Shown: positions 35,598 through 43,665 of the stretch, in pieces | Layout: each line of letters starts with the position of its first letter | How positions within the stretch are numbered: position 1 is the stretch's first letter | Virus record (IMG/VR): IMGVR_UViG_3300045988_133735 | DNA: 64,000 nucleotides | Strand: one strand, 5' to 3' | Source of the DNA: a virus | The notes under the pieces: model-generated | The model's input: only the letters and a program-made list of their open reading frames with translations | Database searches by the model: none | Told to the model about the DNA's origin: nothing | Translations under genes and position numbers: made by a program

Positions 35598-36509
35598 ATG
35601 AAGAAGTTCAAAAAGATTTTCGTGGTTTCGTGTGCAATCGTGATGGCGTTGACCTTTACGGGGTGTACCAAGAAAGAGGTGTATACAATCGAACCTCATG
35701 AAACTGCATTTCTGATTTCACTCTCTGAGGGCGGTGGGAAACAGGCGTCCTTTGAGAGTGAGGCAATGCTCGCTGAAGCAAAGGTGGCAGCCAAACAGGT
35801 GTACATTACTTACTCGAAGCGACATCTGTCGCCGACTGACATCATTGGTACTTGGGTACCGGATAACATGTTGGTTGTCGTCAATAGAACTCCTGTTACT
35901 CGTGAATGGTCCGAGGGCAAGGACAGTGGCACCAGCACTGTCAACCAGTCCATCTCTGCCGAAAGCAAGGAGTCTATTGGCTTCTCTGTCGGTATGAACT
36001 GCTCTGCTCAGATCTACACTGAAAACGATGCAGTCAAGTTCCTGTATTCCTACAACAACAAACAGCTCTCCGAGATTATGGATACTGAAATCCGTGCTCG
36101 TGTTGAAGCTGACTTTGTTGAAATGTGCGCCAAGTACACCATGAATGAGATCCTTGAGAAGAAGGCCGAGATCATGGAGTATGTCCGCAAGGATGTGACT
36201 GAGTATTTTGCAGAACGCGGTATCACGATTACTGTCCTTGGTATGAAGGATGGCATTGAGTACGACGATGCGTCTGTTCAGGCTGCTATTAACAAGTCCT
36301 TTGTGGCTGAGCGCAATGATGAGGCGCAGGAGATTGAGAATCAGACTAAGATTTCCAAGGCGAACGCAGAAGCCGAGGCGAATAAAATCATCTCTGAGTC
36401 TCTGACTGACCGGCTGATTCAGCAGCAGATGTATGAAAAGTGGGATGGTAAGCTTCCTACTTATGTCGGCGGCGATGCCAGCATTCCTGTACTGAACGAT
36501 ATGAAGTAA
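35598..36509 (+). CDS. SPFH/band-7 (prohibitin-like) lipoprotein
   Basis: 303 aa with a lipobox (ALTFTGC). SPFH-like core followed by an Ala/Glu-rich coil (AEANKIISE). Confidence 0.55.
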   Translation: MKKFKKIFVVSCAIVMALTFTGCTKKEVYTIEPHETAFLISLSEGGGKQASFESEAMLAEAKVAAKQVYITYSKRHLSPTDIIGTWVPDNMLVVVNRTPVTREWSEGKDSGTSTVNQSISAESKESIGFSVGMNCSAQIYTENDAVKFLYSYNNKQLSEIMDTEIRARVEADFVEMCAKYTMNEILEKKAEIMEYVRKDVTEYFAERGITITVLGMKDGIEYDDASVQAAINKSFVAERNDEAQEIENQTKISKANAEAEANKIISESLTDRLIQQQMYEKWDGKLPTYVGGDASIPVLNDMK

Positions 36510-36598
36510 CCTCGTAGGAACGGAGACATTAAACCCGTGTCCTGAGATCAACACAAGATCTAAAAACTGTGTGGCAGCTCGGAAAGACGAGCAAGTAT

Positions 36599-36681
36599 GT
36601 TTCGGTGCTGGAATCGGCAGACAGGGGAGTCTCAAAAACTTCTGCGAAAGCATGTGGGTTCAAGTCCCATCCGAAACACCA
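36599..36681 (+). tRNA. tRNA-Leu (CAA), class II
   Basis: GTTTCGG TG CTG-GAATCGGCAGA-CAG, GGAGT-CTCAAAA-ACTTC, variable arm TGC-GAAA-GCA, GTGGG-TTCAAGT-CCCAT, CCGAAAC A CCA. Confidence 0.8.
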
Positions 36682-36804
36682 TGGGTGAGTTGCGTCGCCC
36701 AAAAATCTCCTTTTCCTCACAAATGCTTAGTGGCTCATGAGTTCCAGACATGAATCACCGTGACTGAACAAGTCGTAGCAGGTACGCAATCCTGTTTTTG
36801 ATAA

Positions 36805-36890
36805 GTCGGTATGGTGGAATAGGCGAGACACGTCTGCTTTAGGGACAGATGCTTAAGTGCATGTGAGTTCAAATCTCACTACCGACACCA
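36805..36890 (+). tRNA. tRNA-Leu (TAG), class II
   Basis: GTCGGTA TG GTG-GAATAGGCGAGA-CAC, TCTGC-TTTAGGG-ACAGA (one C-A mismatch), variable arm ATGC-TTAAGT-GCAT, GTGAG-TTCAAAT-CTCAC, TACCGAC A CCA. Confidence 0.7.
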
Positions 36891-36948
36891 ATCTCGCATG
36901 GGTAGGATCTTTAGCGGTCAGATCCGGCCGCGCCTGTGCGAGATACCA
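36891..36948 (+). ncRNA. tRNA-minihelix-like element ending in ACCA
   Basis: ATCTCGCA ... TGCGAGAT forms an 8-bp closing stem around the GGATC-TTTAGCGGTCA-GATCC hairpin, followed by ACCA. It abuts the CCA end of tRNA-Leu(TAG). Confidence 0.3.
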
Positions 36949-37040
36949 CCCCCCTGTGGGGAATGTTAAATTTTTCCATGTACGTTATTCTCGGCTCGCT
37001 CGAAAGAGTGCAGCGTGCCTTTGTAAGCCGAGTATTTTAT

Positions 37041-37109
37041 GTGGCTGTAGCTCAGATGGTAGAGCAGCAAGCTAACTGCGCGCCGTTGGTTCAAGTCCAA
37101 CCAGTCACT
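37041..37109 (+). tRNA. aberrant tRNA-like gene (3-bp anticodon stem; loop AGCTAAC, possibly CUA)
   Basis: Canonical acceptor (GTGGCTG/CAGTCAC), D arm (GCTC-AGATGGTA-GAGC) and T arm (GTTGG-TTCAAGT-CCAAC). Only 19 nt separate the D and T arms, where 22-23 are expected. Confidence 0.45.
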
Positions 37110-37228
37110 CCGATGCCCGCTTATAGGGTCTCATTCCTCCTATTCGGGCTTTACCTCTTTTCTTCCTTGTTATTCCCGGCTCCATGGCGAATGCTGTGGC
37201 AATAAGGCGTAGTAAGCTGGGTTTATAT

Positions 37229-37303
37229 GCAGCGGTCGTACATCGGCTAGTATATCAGCCTTCCAAGCTGAGGAGGTGGGTTCGACTCCCATTCGCTGCT
37301 CCA
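37229..37303 (+). tRNA. tRNA-Gly (TCC)
   Basis: GCAGCGG TC GTAC-ATCGGCTA-GTAT A TCAGC-CTTCCAA-GCTGA GGAG GTGGG-TTCGACT-CCCAT TCGCTGC T CCA. Confidence 0.8.
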
Positions 37304-37611
37304 TCGTGTGCGACGGTTTGAGACTCCTACATGCAAATCCAGCCGGGTAAGTCCGTCCACAACCGGTGTAGGTAGACATCTTTACTCATTAGGTCTCTAA
37401 CTAAATGAGGAATAGAAAATCAGTTGTTCCAGCTAGATCGGGGATTGGCCGTTCATTGGCAAACGACAGGCATCACACCGGTAAATGATGCTGAGCCAAA
37501 TAGGAAGGGGAATAAGGTGCAAGTCGAGTAGCTGTCGGACGAATACTCTTCAGGTAGCCAGTAAACTGGAACGTAAAACGAATGTTGGCTGTTTCTGATT
37601 TTCTTTTATAT

Positions 37612-37698
37612 GCTACCATGATGTAACTGGCAGGCATGAGGGACTTAAAATCCCTTGCTGGAAACAGCGTGCGGGTTCAAGTCCCGCTGGTAGCACCA
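37612..37698 (+). tRNA. tRNA-Leu (TAA), class II
   Basis: GCTACCA TG ATG-TAACTGGCAGG-CAT G AGGGA-CTTAAAA-TCCCT, variable arm GCTG-GAAA-CAGC, GCGGG-TTCAAGT-CCCGC TGGTAGC A CCA. Confidence 0.8.
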
Positions 37699-37739
37699 TT
37701 GTTCGAATATCAACACATAAAAAATAGGAGCAAAACAAC

Positions 37740-37988
37740 ATGAATATCGTTATTGAAACTAAGGACGACAAATATGTAGCCGGTGTTTATGCTGACGAGG
37801 GAGAGAATACCGAAAACGATACGATCATTGATTGTGCTGTAAACGGGCTTCTTGCTATTATTCGTTTTTATATTCTTAAAGACGAAACCCTTACGATGGA
37901 AAACAAGAAGAATGTTGTGTCTGACCTATGCGATGAAATTAAGAAAAAGCTTTTGGAAGCAATTGAAGAGGAGAGCGCAGTCGTATGA
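37740..37988 (+). CDS. hypothetical protein
   Basis: 82 aa with a TAGGAG RBS. Confidence 0.5.
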   Translation: MNIVIETKDDKYVAGVYADEGENTENDTIIDCAVNGLLAIIRFYILKDETLTMENKKNVVSDLCDEIKKKLLEAIEEESAVV

Positions 37989-38374
37989 ATTCTATTATCA
38001 GTCCGTGGGTGTTTTATCTGATTGGCATGGCTGACACCATTCAGATTTTGGCGCTTTTCGCTTCTATTTGTTTTGTTGCCATCTCTGGTTATTTGTGGTT
38101 TGATTGGATGAATGATTTCGCTCGTTATGGAGAAAAGGATGAAGATGTTTTAAGAGAGCGCAAGATTGTTGTAAAGGTGTCAATTGCGGCAATTGTGAGC
38201 CTAGCGATTCTTGTCTTTACCCCTTCTTCCAAGACCTGTTATAAAATGCTCGCCGCCAATATGTTTACAGAAAAGAATGTAACTGCTGCAACTGAATATG
38301 TCACTGACGTAATCGACTATGCAGTCGACAAAGTAAAAGAACTTGACCCTGCAACTGAAAATGAAAGGAGCTAA
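37985..38374 (+). CDS. membrane protein
   Basis: 129 aa with 2-3 hydrophobic segments and ATGA coupling. Confidence 0.5.
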   Translation: MNSIISPWVFYLIGMADTIQILALFASICFVAISGYLWFDWMNDFARYGEKDEDVLRERKIVVKVSIAAIVSLAILVFTPSSKTCYKMLAANMFTEKNVTAATEYVTDVIDYAVDKVKELDPATENERS

Positions 38375-38379
38375 ACATT

Positions 38380-38646
38380 ATGATCACCATGTCACATGAG
38401 GAAGTTCTTGAGACGATTCCGTTTATGTTTGTTTGCGAAACTCGGGAAGGTGCTCGTTGGAACAGTGGTACTCGCCGTAGGCTCTGGAACGAACAGTTTA
38501 CCAAACAGGAACAAGCAGCGTGTGCAAGTTTGTTTAAGATGGCGCATGAGTGGGCGCTCATTCGCGGTGTCCCTGATGTTGTTCGGATGGATCAGTCTAC
38601 ATATTGGCTGTGGATCAAGCTTGGCGAGTTTTGTGAAATGCTTTGA
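38380..38646 (+). CDS. hypothetical protein
   Basis: 88 aa with an AAAGGAG RBS. Confidence 0.5.
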   Translation: MITMSHEEVLETIPFMFVCETREGARWNSGTRRRLWNEQFTKQEQAACASLFKMAHEWALIRGVPDVVRMDQSTYWLWIKLGEFCEML

Positions 38647-38661
38647 TCGCGAGGTGATGAC

Positions 38662-38919
38662 GTGAAGGTTTATGTTCTTTATGACTGTGTCGAAAATCCA
38701 GACGAGTGGGCGTTTGCTGGTGTTGAACACATTTATGCGAATCATGCAGACGCGGTAGATCGGATGCAGGATTTGTTCTTAGAGTGTTTGAACGAACACG
38801 ACATAAATAATGCAGAAAGTATGCGAGATAGCTATATTGACGATTGGGGAGCGCGTGTCGCGGACGTTCCGGCTGGTTATCGTCACACATGGACAATTAC
38901 AGAGGAGACAGTTGTATGA
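38662..38919 (+). CDS. hypothetical protein
   Basis: 85 aa with a GTG start after GAGGTG. Confidence 0.5.
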   Translation: MKVYVLYDCVENPDEWAFAGVEHIYANHADAVDRMQDLFLECLNEHDINNAESMRDSYIDDWGARVADVPAGYRHTWTITEETVV

Positions 38920-39140
38920 AATACGATTTACATGTTGGGCAATTAGTTAGAATCGGCAATGAAGTGTCTGAAAACGATGTGAATCGCAACAAAAGAGGGC
39001 GCATCGTAAGATTTGATAAAGATTACCCAGTTGTAGAGATGTTAGACCCATTTACAAGTGGAGAAACAACGATTACTTGGTGCCCGCAGAGACTTTGGGA
39101 GCCGTGTCCAACAAAACTTACTTGCAAATCACTTCTGTGA
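38916..39140 (+). CDS. small beta-rich paralogue with C-terminal tail (CKSLL)
   Basis: The start is taken at MKYDLHVGQLVRIG (ATGA overlap). Ends PTKLTCKSLL-stop. Confidence 0.6.
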   Translation: MKYDLHVGQLVRIGNEVSENDVNRNKRGRIVRFDKDYPVVEMLDPFTSGETTITWCPQRLWEPCPTKLTCKSLL

Positions 39141-39156
39141 TTTTATTTTTTGGTCA

Positions 39157-39178
39157 CACAAACATAACTTAAATATAT
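39157..39178 (+). repeat. 22-bp exact repeat, copy 2 (CACAAACATAACTTAAATATAT)
   Basis: Identical to 16936-16957. It lies immediately upstream of the RBS of the 39193 ORF and the PRTRC-like cluster. Confidence 0.8.
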
Positions 39179-39192
39179 AAAGGAGCGAAGAA

Positions 39193-39318
39193 ATGGTTAT
39201 CAAGTATGTTGACGGCCACTATGAAATCGTATCGGCGGATAGTGGTCAGTTTATTCAGTCGGCCGATACATGGGACGAAGCTCTGGATAATATGAAGGAG
39301 CTACTACAAACCGCATAA
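39193..39318 (+). CDS. small hypothetical protein (41 aa)
   Basis: AAAGGAGCGAAGAA then ATG. Encodes MVIKYVDGHYEIVSADSGQFIQSADTWDEALDNMKELLQTA. Below the ORF-track cutoff and read by eye. Confidence 0.35.
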   Translation: MVIKYVDGHYEIVSADSGQFIQSADTWDEALDNMKELLQTA

Positions 39319-39377
39319 GGTACAACGGGTGATTGCCCGTTTACATATCAATCTTTAATTACAAAGGAGAAAACATT

Positions 39378-39800
39378 ATGAAAGCAATCGTTAAGTTCAA
39401 CAATCTGTTCGTCACTTCCGCATACGATGTCGCTACCCTGAAGAAGGTCGAGAAGTTCCGTCCCGAGGCTTTGAAGCTGTATGAGGGCGAGGGCAAGGAG
39501 AAGAAGCTTGTGAGCGCCATTGCTGTTGCTTCTAAGGATGATATTAGCAAGTTCGGCGTGGCTTTTGCTCAGGATGCAGTCACTGGCGATAAGGTTGCCG
39601 TTTTGAGCCGTCCTGTTCCTGCTGGTATGAAGTCTGAGGCAGAGATCAAGGAGTGGGTTCGCGACATGATTGGTCTGACCATTGTTCGCGGCACCAAGAT
39701 CGAGGAGCAGATCGCAGCCGCTATGGAGTCCATCAATGCTGATGAGGCTGCCATGAATGCTGCAATCACTATCGATGGTGAGGACGCAGACGCCGAGTAA
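39378..39800 (+). CDS. hypothetical abundant-type protein (PRTRC protein E-like by position)
   Basis: The start is taken at MKAIVKF, after AAAGGAGA. Strong codon bias and an acidic C-terminus. Confidence 0.5.
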   Translation: MKAIVKFNNLFVTSAYDVATLKKVEKFRPEALKLYEGEGKEKKLVSAIAVASKDDISKFGVAFAQDAVTGDKVAVLSRPVPAGMKSEAEIKEWVRDMIGLTIVRGTKIEEQIAAAMESINADEAAMNAAITIDGEDADAE

Positions 39801-39897
39801 GAGCGCTGCTGAGGTTCCACGCCGGATGTTCCTGCGCAATACGTCCGGCATTTTAACGAGTAAACGATATTTTTCAAATTAAAAAGGAGTACATACT

Positions 39898-40137
39898 ATG
39901 ATTAAGATTTGGGTTACCACTAATGACGACAAGATCGAGGACGTTGTTGCTACCAGCATGACCCCGAAGGACGTGTTCGCAAAGCATGGCGTGAACTACG
40001 CCAATGGCCAGAGCACTCTGGATGGCTGCATTCTGACGGTGGCACAGCTGAACACTCCGCTGTCTGAGCTGGGCGTCGGCGATGAGGTGTATCTGGCCTC
40101 CATCTCCAAGCACGACAATGCGACTGGTATGAACTGA
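39898..40137 (+). CDS. small ubiquitin-like (beta-grasp) candidate
   Basis: 79 aa. Its size and its position upstream of the JAB and E1 genes support the call, along with the pattern LDGCILTVAQLNTPLSELGVGDEVYL. There is no terminal GG (ends NATGMN). Confidence 0.3.
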   Translation: MIKIWVTTNDDKIEDVVATSMTPKDVFAKHGVNYANGQSTLDGCILTVAQLNTPLSELGVGDEVYLASISKHDNATGMN

Positions 40138-40280
40138 TCGCGCTGATCCGAAAATAAACAACTGAATTCGTTATTGGTTACAACGATATTCTAAACACTG
40201 CAGCCGCTGGCAGGCCGGTTAAAGTCTGCCTTATATGTGTCCAGTATCTGGGCTTTTAAATTAAACAGGAGGAAATACAT

Positions 40281-41798
40281 ATGGCTTTCACAGCTTATTC
40301 CAGCAAGATCGGTTCGAGAGATTGCGACGAAGCATATCCGTTGATTCTGAATTGCGACAATAGCAATCTCAACGATAATGTGATGTTGTCTGTACTGCGC
40401 GTACTGATCAATGATGACCGTATCAAGCATTCTATTTCGGGAGGGCATCGCATTCAGTCAATTATTGATTGCCAACAGTTCTATATGGGCGACGACGAAA
40501 AGTTCACTAAGGACATGTTCGTTCATGAAGATAACGCTTTCAATCAGATGAAATTTGGCATCATGTTTCAGACGATCGACGATAAGAAAGCAGACGCCAT
40601 TATTTCTGAGTTCAAGAAGTACAATGCGGATTACGAAGCTGCCGGTTGGAAGATCATGGATGTCGCAGCTAAGTACATCGATAAGAATGGCAACGTCTAT
40701 GTATATCAGAATGAAAAGAAGCAGGGTGTTGTCGTTGTTTGTGCTAAGAAGAATCTGATTCAGGCCATGCACATGGCGGCGAGTTGTTTGCCAAACCTGA
40801 TGCCGTGGTTTTTCGCTGATCAGCCGCTGACTGATGATGAGAAGGCGATGCTGCGTACTCTTTATGATCAGGACAACGAAGCTTTCGGCAAATACATGGA
40901 GAAGGCATACGAGACCGGCGATTTCTATGGTAAGAAGTTGCGTGGCGCTCTGAAGGGATTTTGCAAGAAGGATTATGCAAACGAAATTACCCGGCAGGAG
41001 CGATATATTCGTGAAATCCAAGATGAAATCGAAAGAAAATATAACGATATCCGTGAGAGAAATAAAAATCTTGAAGAAGCTCAATTTAAACTCACTATGA
41101 TCATGGACCGTGCTTGCTGCACTGAGGATGACGAAGCTGCAATTGTTAATTTCCTGAAGCGCTGCAAGACGCTGGTTTATCTTGACTCCAATAGTGATCG
41201 AATCTCTATTGGTTATGTTGGCACGCTAAACGATTGTGATGAGGGCGAGTTCCGCACTTGTGTTGAGAAAAAGGCAAATAGTCGAAGCTACATTTTTCAG
41301 CGTTCGCCGTATGACACGGAACTTACGAAAGATTTCTTTGTGTCAATTTGGAAGACCCATCGGTTCGCTATTCGCACCTACTGTGAATGGCGACTGTATT
41401 CCAGCTGCAAGGTTGAAGCAATTCGTGGTTCTGATATGCAAGGTCGCTCTGATTTGATGAAGGATCGTATTCGTCAGCCCCATATCGATCGGCATGCGTG
41501 CTATAGCGGTTATCGAGAGATGCTCAATGCGCTTAGTGTAAAACACGATTACATTGGCGTCCTGACTACGATTATTGGTTCAAGCGCATCTATCAACTGG
41601 AAGGATGGCACCGTTGTAAGCGACCTCATGTACGATTTGTTTGACGAATCCTATATCAAAACTCGTAAGTGTATCGAGGATAACGCGGGTAATCTGTACA
41701 CGGTGGCAGAAGTATTTGATATTCTCAAGAACGAAAAGGACGCAGCAGCAACAGCAGAAGCAGTAAAGAAGGAGGTCGCTAAAGATGAAGCCCATTAA
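40281..41798 (+). CDS. large cassette protein, possible E2-like C-terminal region
   Basis: 505 aa between the Ubl candidate and JAB. The C-terminal QPHIDRHACYSGY resembles an HPN..C E2 active-site context (weak). Confidence 0.3.
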   Translation: MAFTAYSSKIGSRDCDEAYPLILNCDNSNLNDNVMLSVLRVLINDDRIKHSISGGHRIQSIIDCQQFYMGDDEKFTKDMFVHEDNAFNQMKFGIMFQTIDDKKADAIISEFKKYNADYEAAGWKIMDVAAKYIDKNGNVYVYQNEKKQGVVVVCAKKNLIQAMHMAASCLPNLMPWFFADQPLTDDEKAMLRTLYDQDNEAFGKYMEKAYETGDFYGKKLRGALKGFCKKDYANEITRQERYIREIQDEIERKYNDIRERNKNLEEAQFKLTMIMDRACCTEDDEAAIVNFLKRCKTLVYLDSNSDRISIGYVGTLNDCDEGEFRTCVEKKANSRSYIFQRSPYDTELTKDFFVSIWKTHRFAIRTYCEWRLYSSCKVEAIRGSDMQGRSDLMKDRIRQPHIDRHACYSGYREMLNALSVKHDYIGVLTTIIGSSASINWKDGTVVSDLMYDLFDESYIKTRKCIEDNAGNLYTVAEVFDILKNEKDAAATAEAVKKEVAKDEAH

Positions 41799-42681
41799 TA
41801 TCACGGAGCAGGTTGTAGCAGATATGGCACGTGAATTTGTTCAGGAGCTGTATAAGACCGGTAGGGTTAAGACGGATTCTTTCTCATACAAGAAGAATTT
41901 TGCGTCTGTTAAAAAGGATGCTGTCGAGGTGAATTTCACCTATGAAGCGTATTCTCAGATGTTTGCGTTGATTGATCACTTCGATTGTGAGGTTGCATGG
42001 CGCGGCATTGTGAATCGTATCGATAAGACGCATTTTCAGATTACCAAGATTCTGCTGTATCCTCAGACTGTGACTGGTACCACAGTGGACACCGATCAGG
42101 AAGAATTTTCAAAGTGGTTTCAGGCGCTGCCTGTTGAAACGATTCGCAACCTGAGATTTCAGGGACACAGCCATGTCGATTTCGGTGTAACGCCGAGCAG
42201 TCGCGATATGGAGGATCAGTGGCGATTCATTGACGGACTCAAGCCGACGAGTTATCAGATTTTTATGATTTGGAACAAGAAGCGTCAGTATAACGTTCGC
42301 GTCATTGATCTGGCCGACAATGTCATCTATGAGGGAGCCGATGTCAAGGTTACTGTTGGAGATTTTGACTCGACTCGATTTCTCGAGGATGCAGACAAAA
42401 CGGTTCGAAAGCGCCCTGTATATGTCGCAAGCACAGTCGCAAATTACGGAGCTTATGGAGCAGGCACCTATTATGGTAAAGCAGTTACGCCGCAAAAAAC
42501 GTACCCGCAAACAGTTACCACGCAAACGCCAGTGCCGCAAATCAAGACGGTAACTGGCGCAGCGGCTCCGAAAGTCAAGGAAGTGTCTGAGACTCGATAT
42601 CCATTGGTCAATCATTACAAGGAGAATCCAGAAGATCTTGATACGTGCTGGAATTCCAGCTGTTTTCCGTATGACAATTAA
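41785..42681 (+). CDS. JAB/JAMM (MPN+) metalloprotease
   Basis: 298 aa with the exact JAMM pattern H-S-H-x7-S-x2-D (GHSHVDFGVTPSSRD) and an upstream Glu (CEVAWRG). Confidence 0.7.
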   Translation: MKPINITEQVVADMAREFVQELYKTGRVKTDSFSYKKNFASVKKDAVEVNFTYEAYSQMFALIDHFDCEVAWRGIVNRIDKTHFQITKILLYPQTVTGTTVDTDQEEFSKWFQALPVETIRNLRFQGHSHVDFGVTPSSRDMEDQWRFIDGLKPTSYQIFMIWNKKRQYNVRVIDLADNVIYEGADVKVTVGDFDSTRFLEDADKTVRKRPVYVASTVANYGAYGAGTYYGKAVTPQKTYPQTVTTQTPVPQIKTVTGAAAPKVKEVSETRYPLVNHYKENPEDLDTCWNSSCFPYDN

Positions 42682-42696
42682 AGAAAGGACTACAAA

Positions 42697-43371
42697 ATGA
42701 ATCTGAGTAAGCTTGAAATGGTATTCAACCCCGATGATATCAGCGGCCAGATCCACATTGTTGGTTGTGGTTCGGTTGGCTCCACTGTGGCGGAACTTCT
42801 CGCACGGTATGGTCTGAAGAATTTCACGCTGTGGGATATGGACGAGGTCGAAAGTAAGAATATCGTTAACCAGATGTTCTTCGCCAACAATATTGAAGCT
42901 CCAAAAGTCGAGGCGGTTCGCGATATTATCTGCGCCATCAATCCTGATGCCAAAGATGAAATCGTTCTGAAGCCGAATGGTTGGCAGGGCGAGATGATTC
43001 GCGGTTATGTATTCCTCGCGGTCGACAATATCGAAATTCGCAAGCAGTTCATGGAAGCGAACAAGTACAACCCGAACATCAAGGGTGTGTTTGATATCCG
43101 CACTGGGTTCCATGATGCACAATGCTGGGCAGCAGATTGGAGTAAGGACAAAGACCGAGAGAATTTATGGAATTCTATGAATTTCTCTCATGAAGATGCA
43201 CAGGCTGGCACTCCGGTTTCCGCATGTGGTATCGTTCAGGGTCTCGCCCCGACTGTTCGTTTCGTGTGTTGTTTGGCGGTTACGAACTTTATCAATTTCG
43301 CGACTAATATCGCACCTTTGAAGAAAATGATCGTTGCAAATCCGTACACTTTTAACGTTACGGCTGCATAA
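42697..43371 (+). CDS. ThiF/MoeB/E1-like adenylyltransferase (short form)
   Basis: 224 aa with a Rossmann motif IVGCGSVGS and DMDEVESKNIVNQ (DxDxVxxSNxxRQ-like). Confidence 0.7.
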   Translation: MNLSKLEMVFNPDDISGQIHIVGCGSVGSTVAELLARYGLKNFTLWDMDEVESKNIVNQMFFANNIEAPKVEAVRDIICAINPDAKDEIVLKPNGWQGEMIRGYVFLAVDNIEIRKQFMEANKYNPNIKGVFDIRTGFHDAQCWAADWSKDKDRENLWNSMNFSHEDAQAGTPVSACGIVQGLAPTVRFVCCLAVTNFINFATNIAPLKKMIVANPYTFNVTAA

Positions 43372-43385
43372 AGAATAAATAAAAA

Positions 43386-43650
43386 AAATCGTGATGAATT
43401 ACTGTTGAAACATACAGTCCTGCCGGATGACCGACAGGTTCGTAAAGGTAAGATCATATACATCCCACCGGGAAACCGAGGCGTGTGATCGCATGCGACG
43501 TACGTCGACTCCGCAGGTATGCTGATTCGCTGATCGAAATAATCAACGTAGGTACGTACCGGCAATGAGCTCAAAACGCAAACTCGCAGGAAGGACGTCC
43601 CGTCGAAGGCACCTCCCTGAGCATACAAACCACCATTTAGATCACGATTT
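43386..43650 (+). ncRNA. candidate retron msr-msd type ncRNA (element X2)
   Basis: The 265-nt gene-free segment directly 5' of the RT is closed by a perfect 10-nt inverted repeat, AAATCGTGAT (43386-43395) / ATCACGATTT (43641-43650). It contains the hairpin CTGCCGGATGACCGACAG (43419-43436). Confidence 0.5.
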
Positions 43651-43665
43651 AGAAGAGGTAAACAT

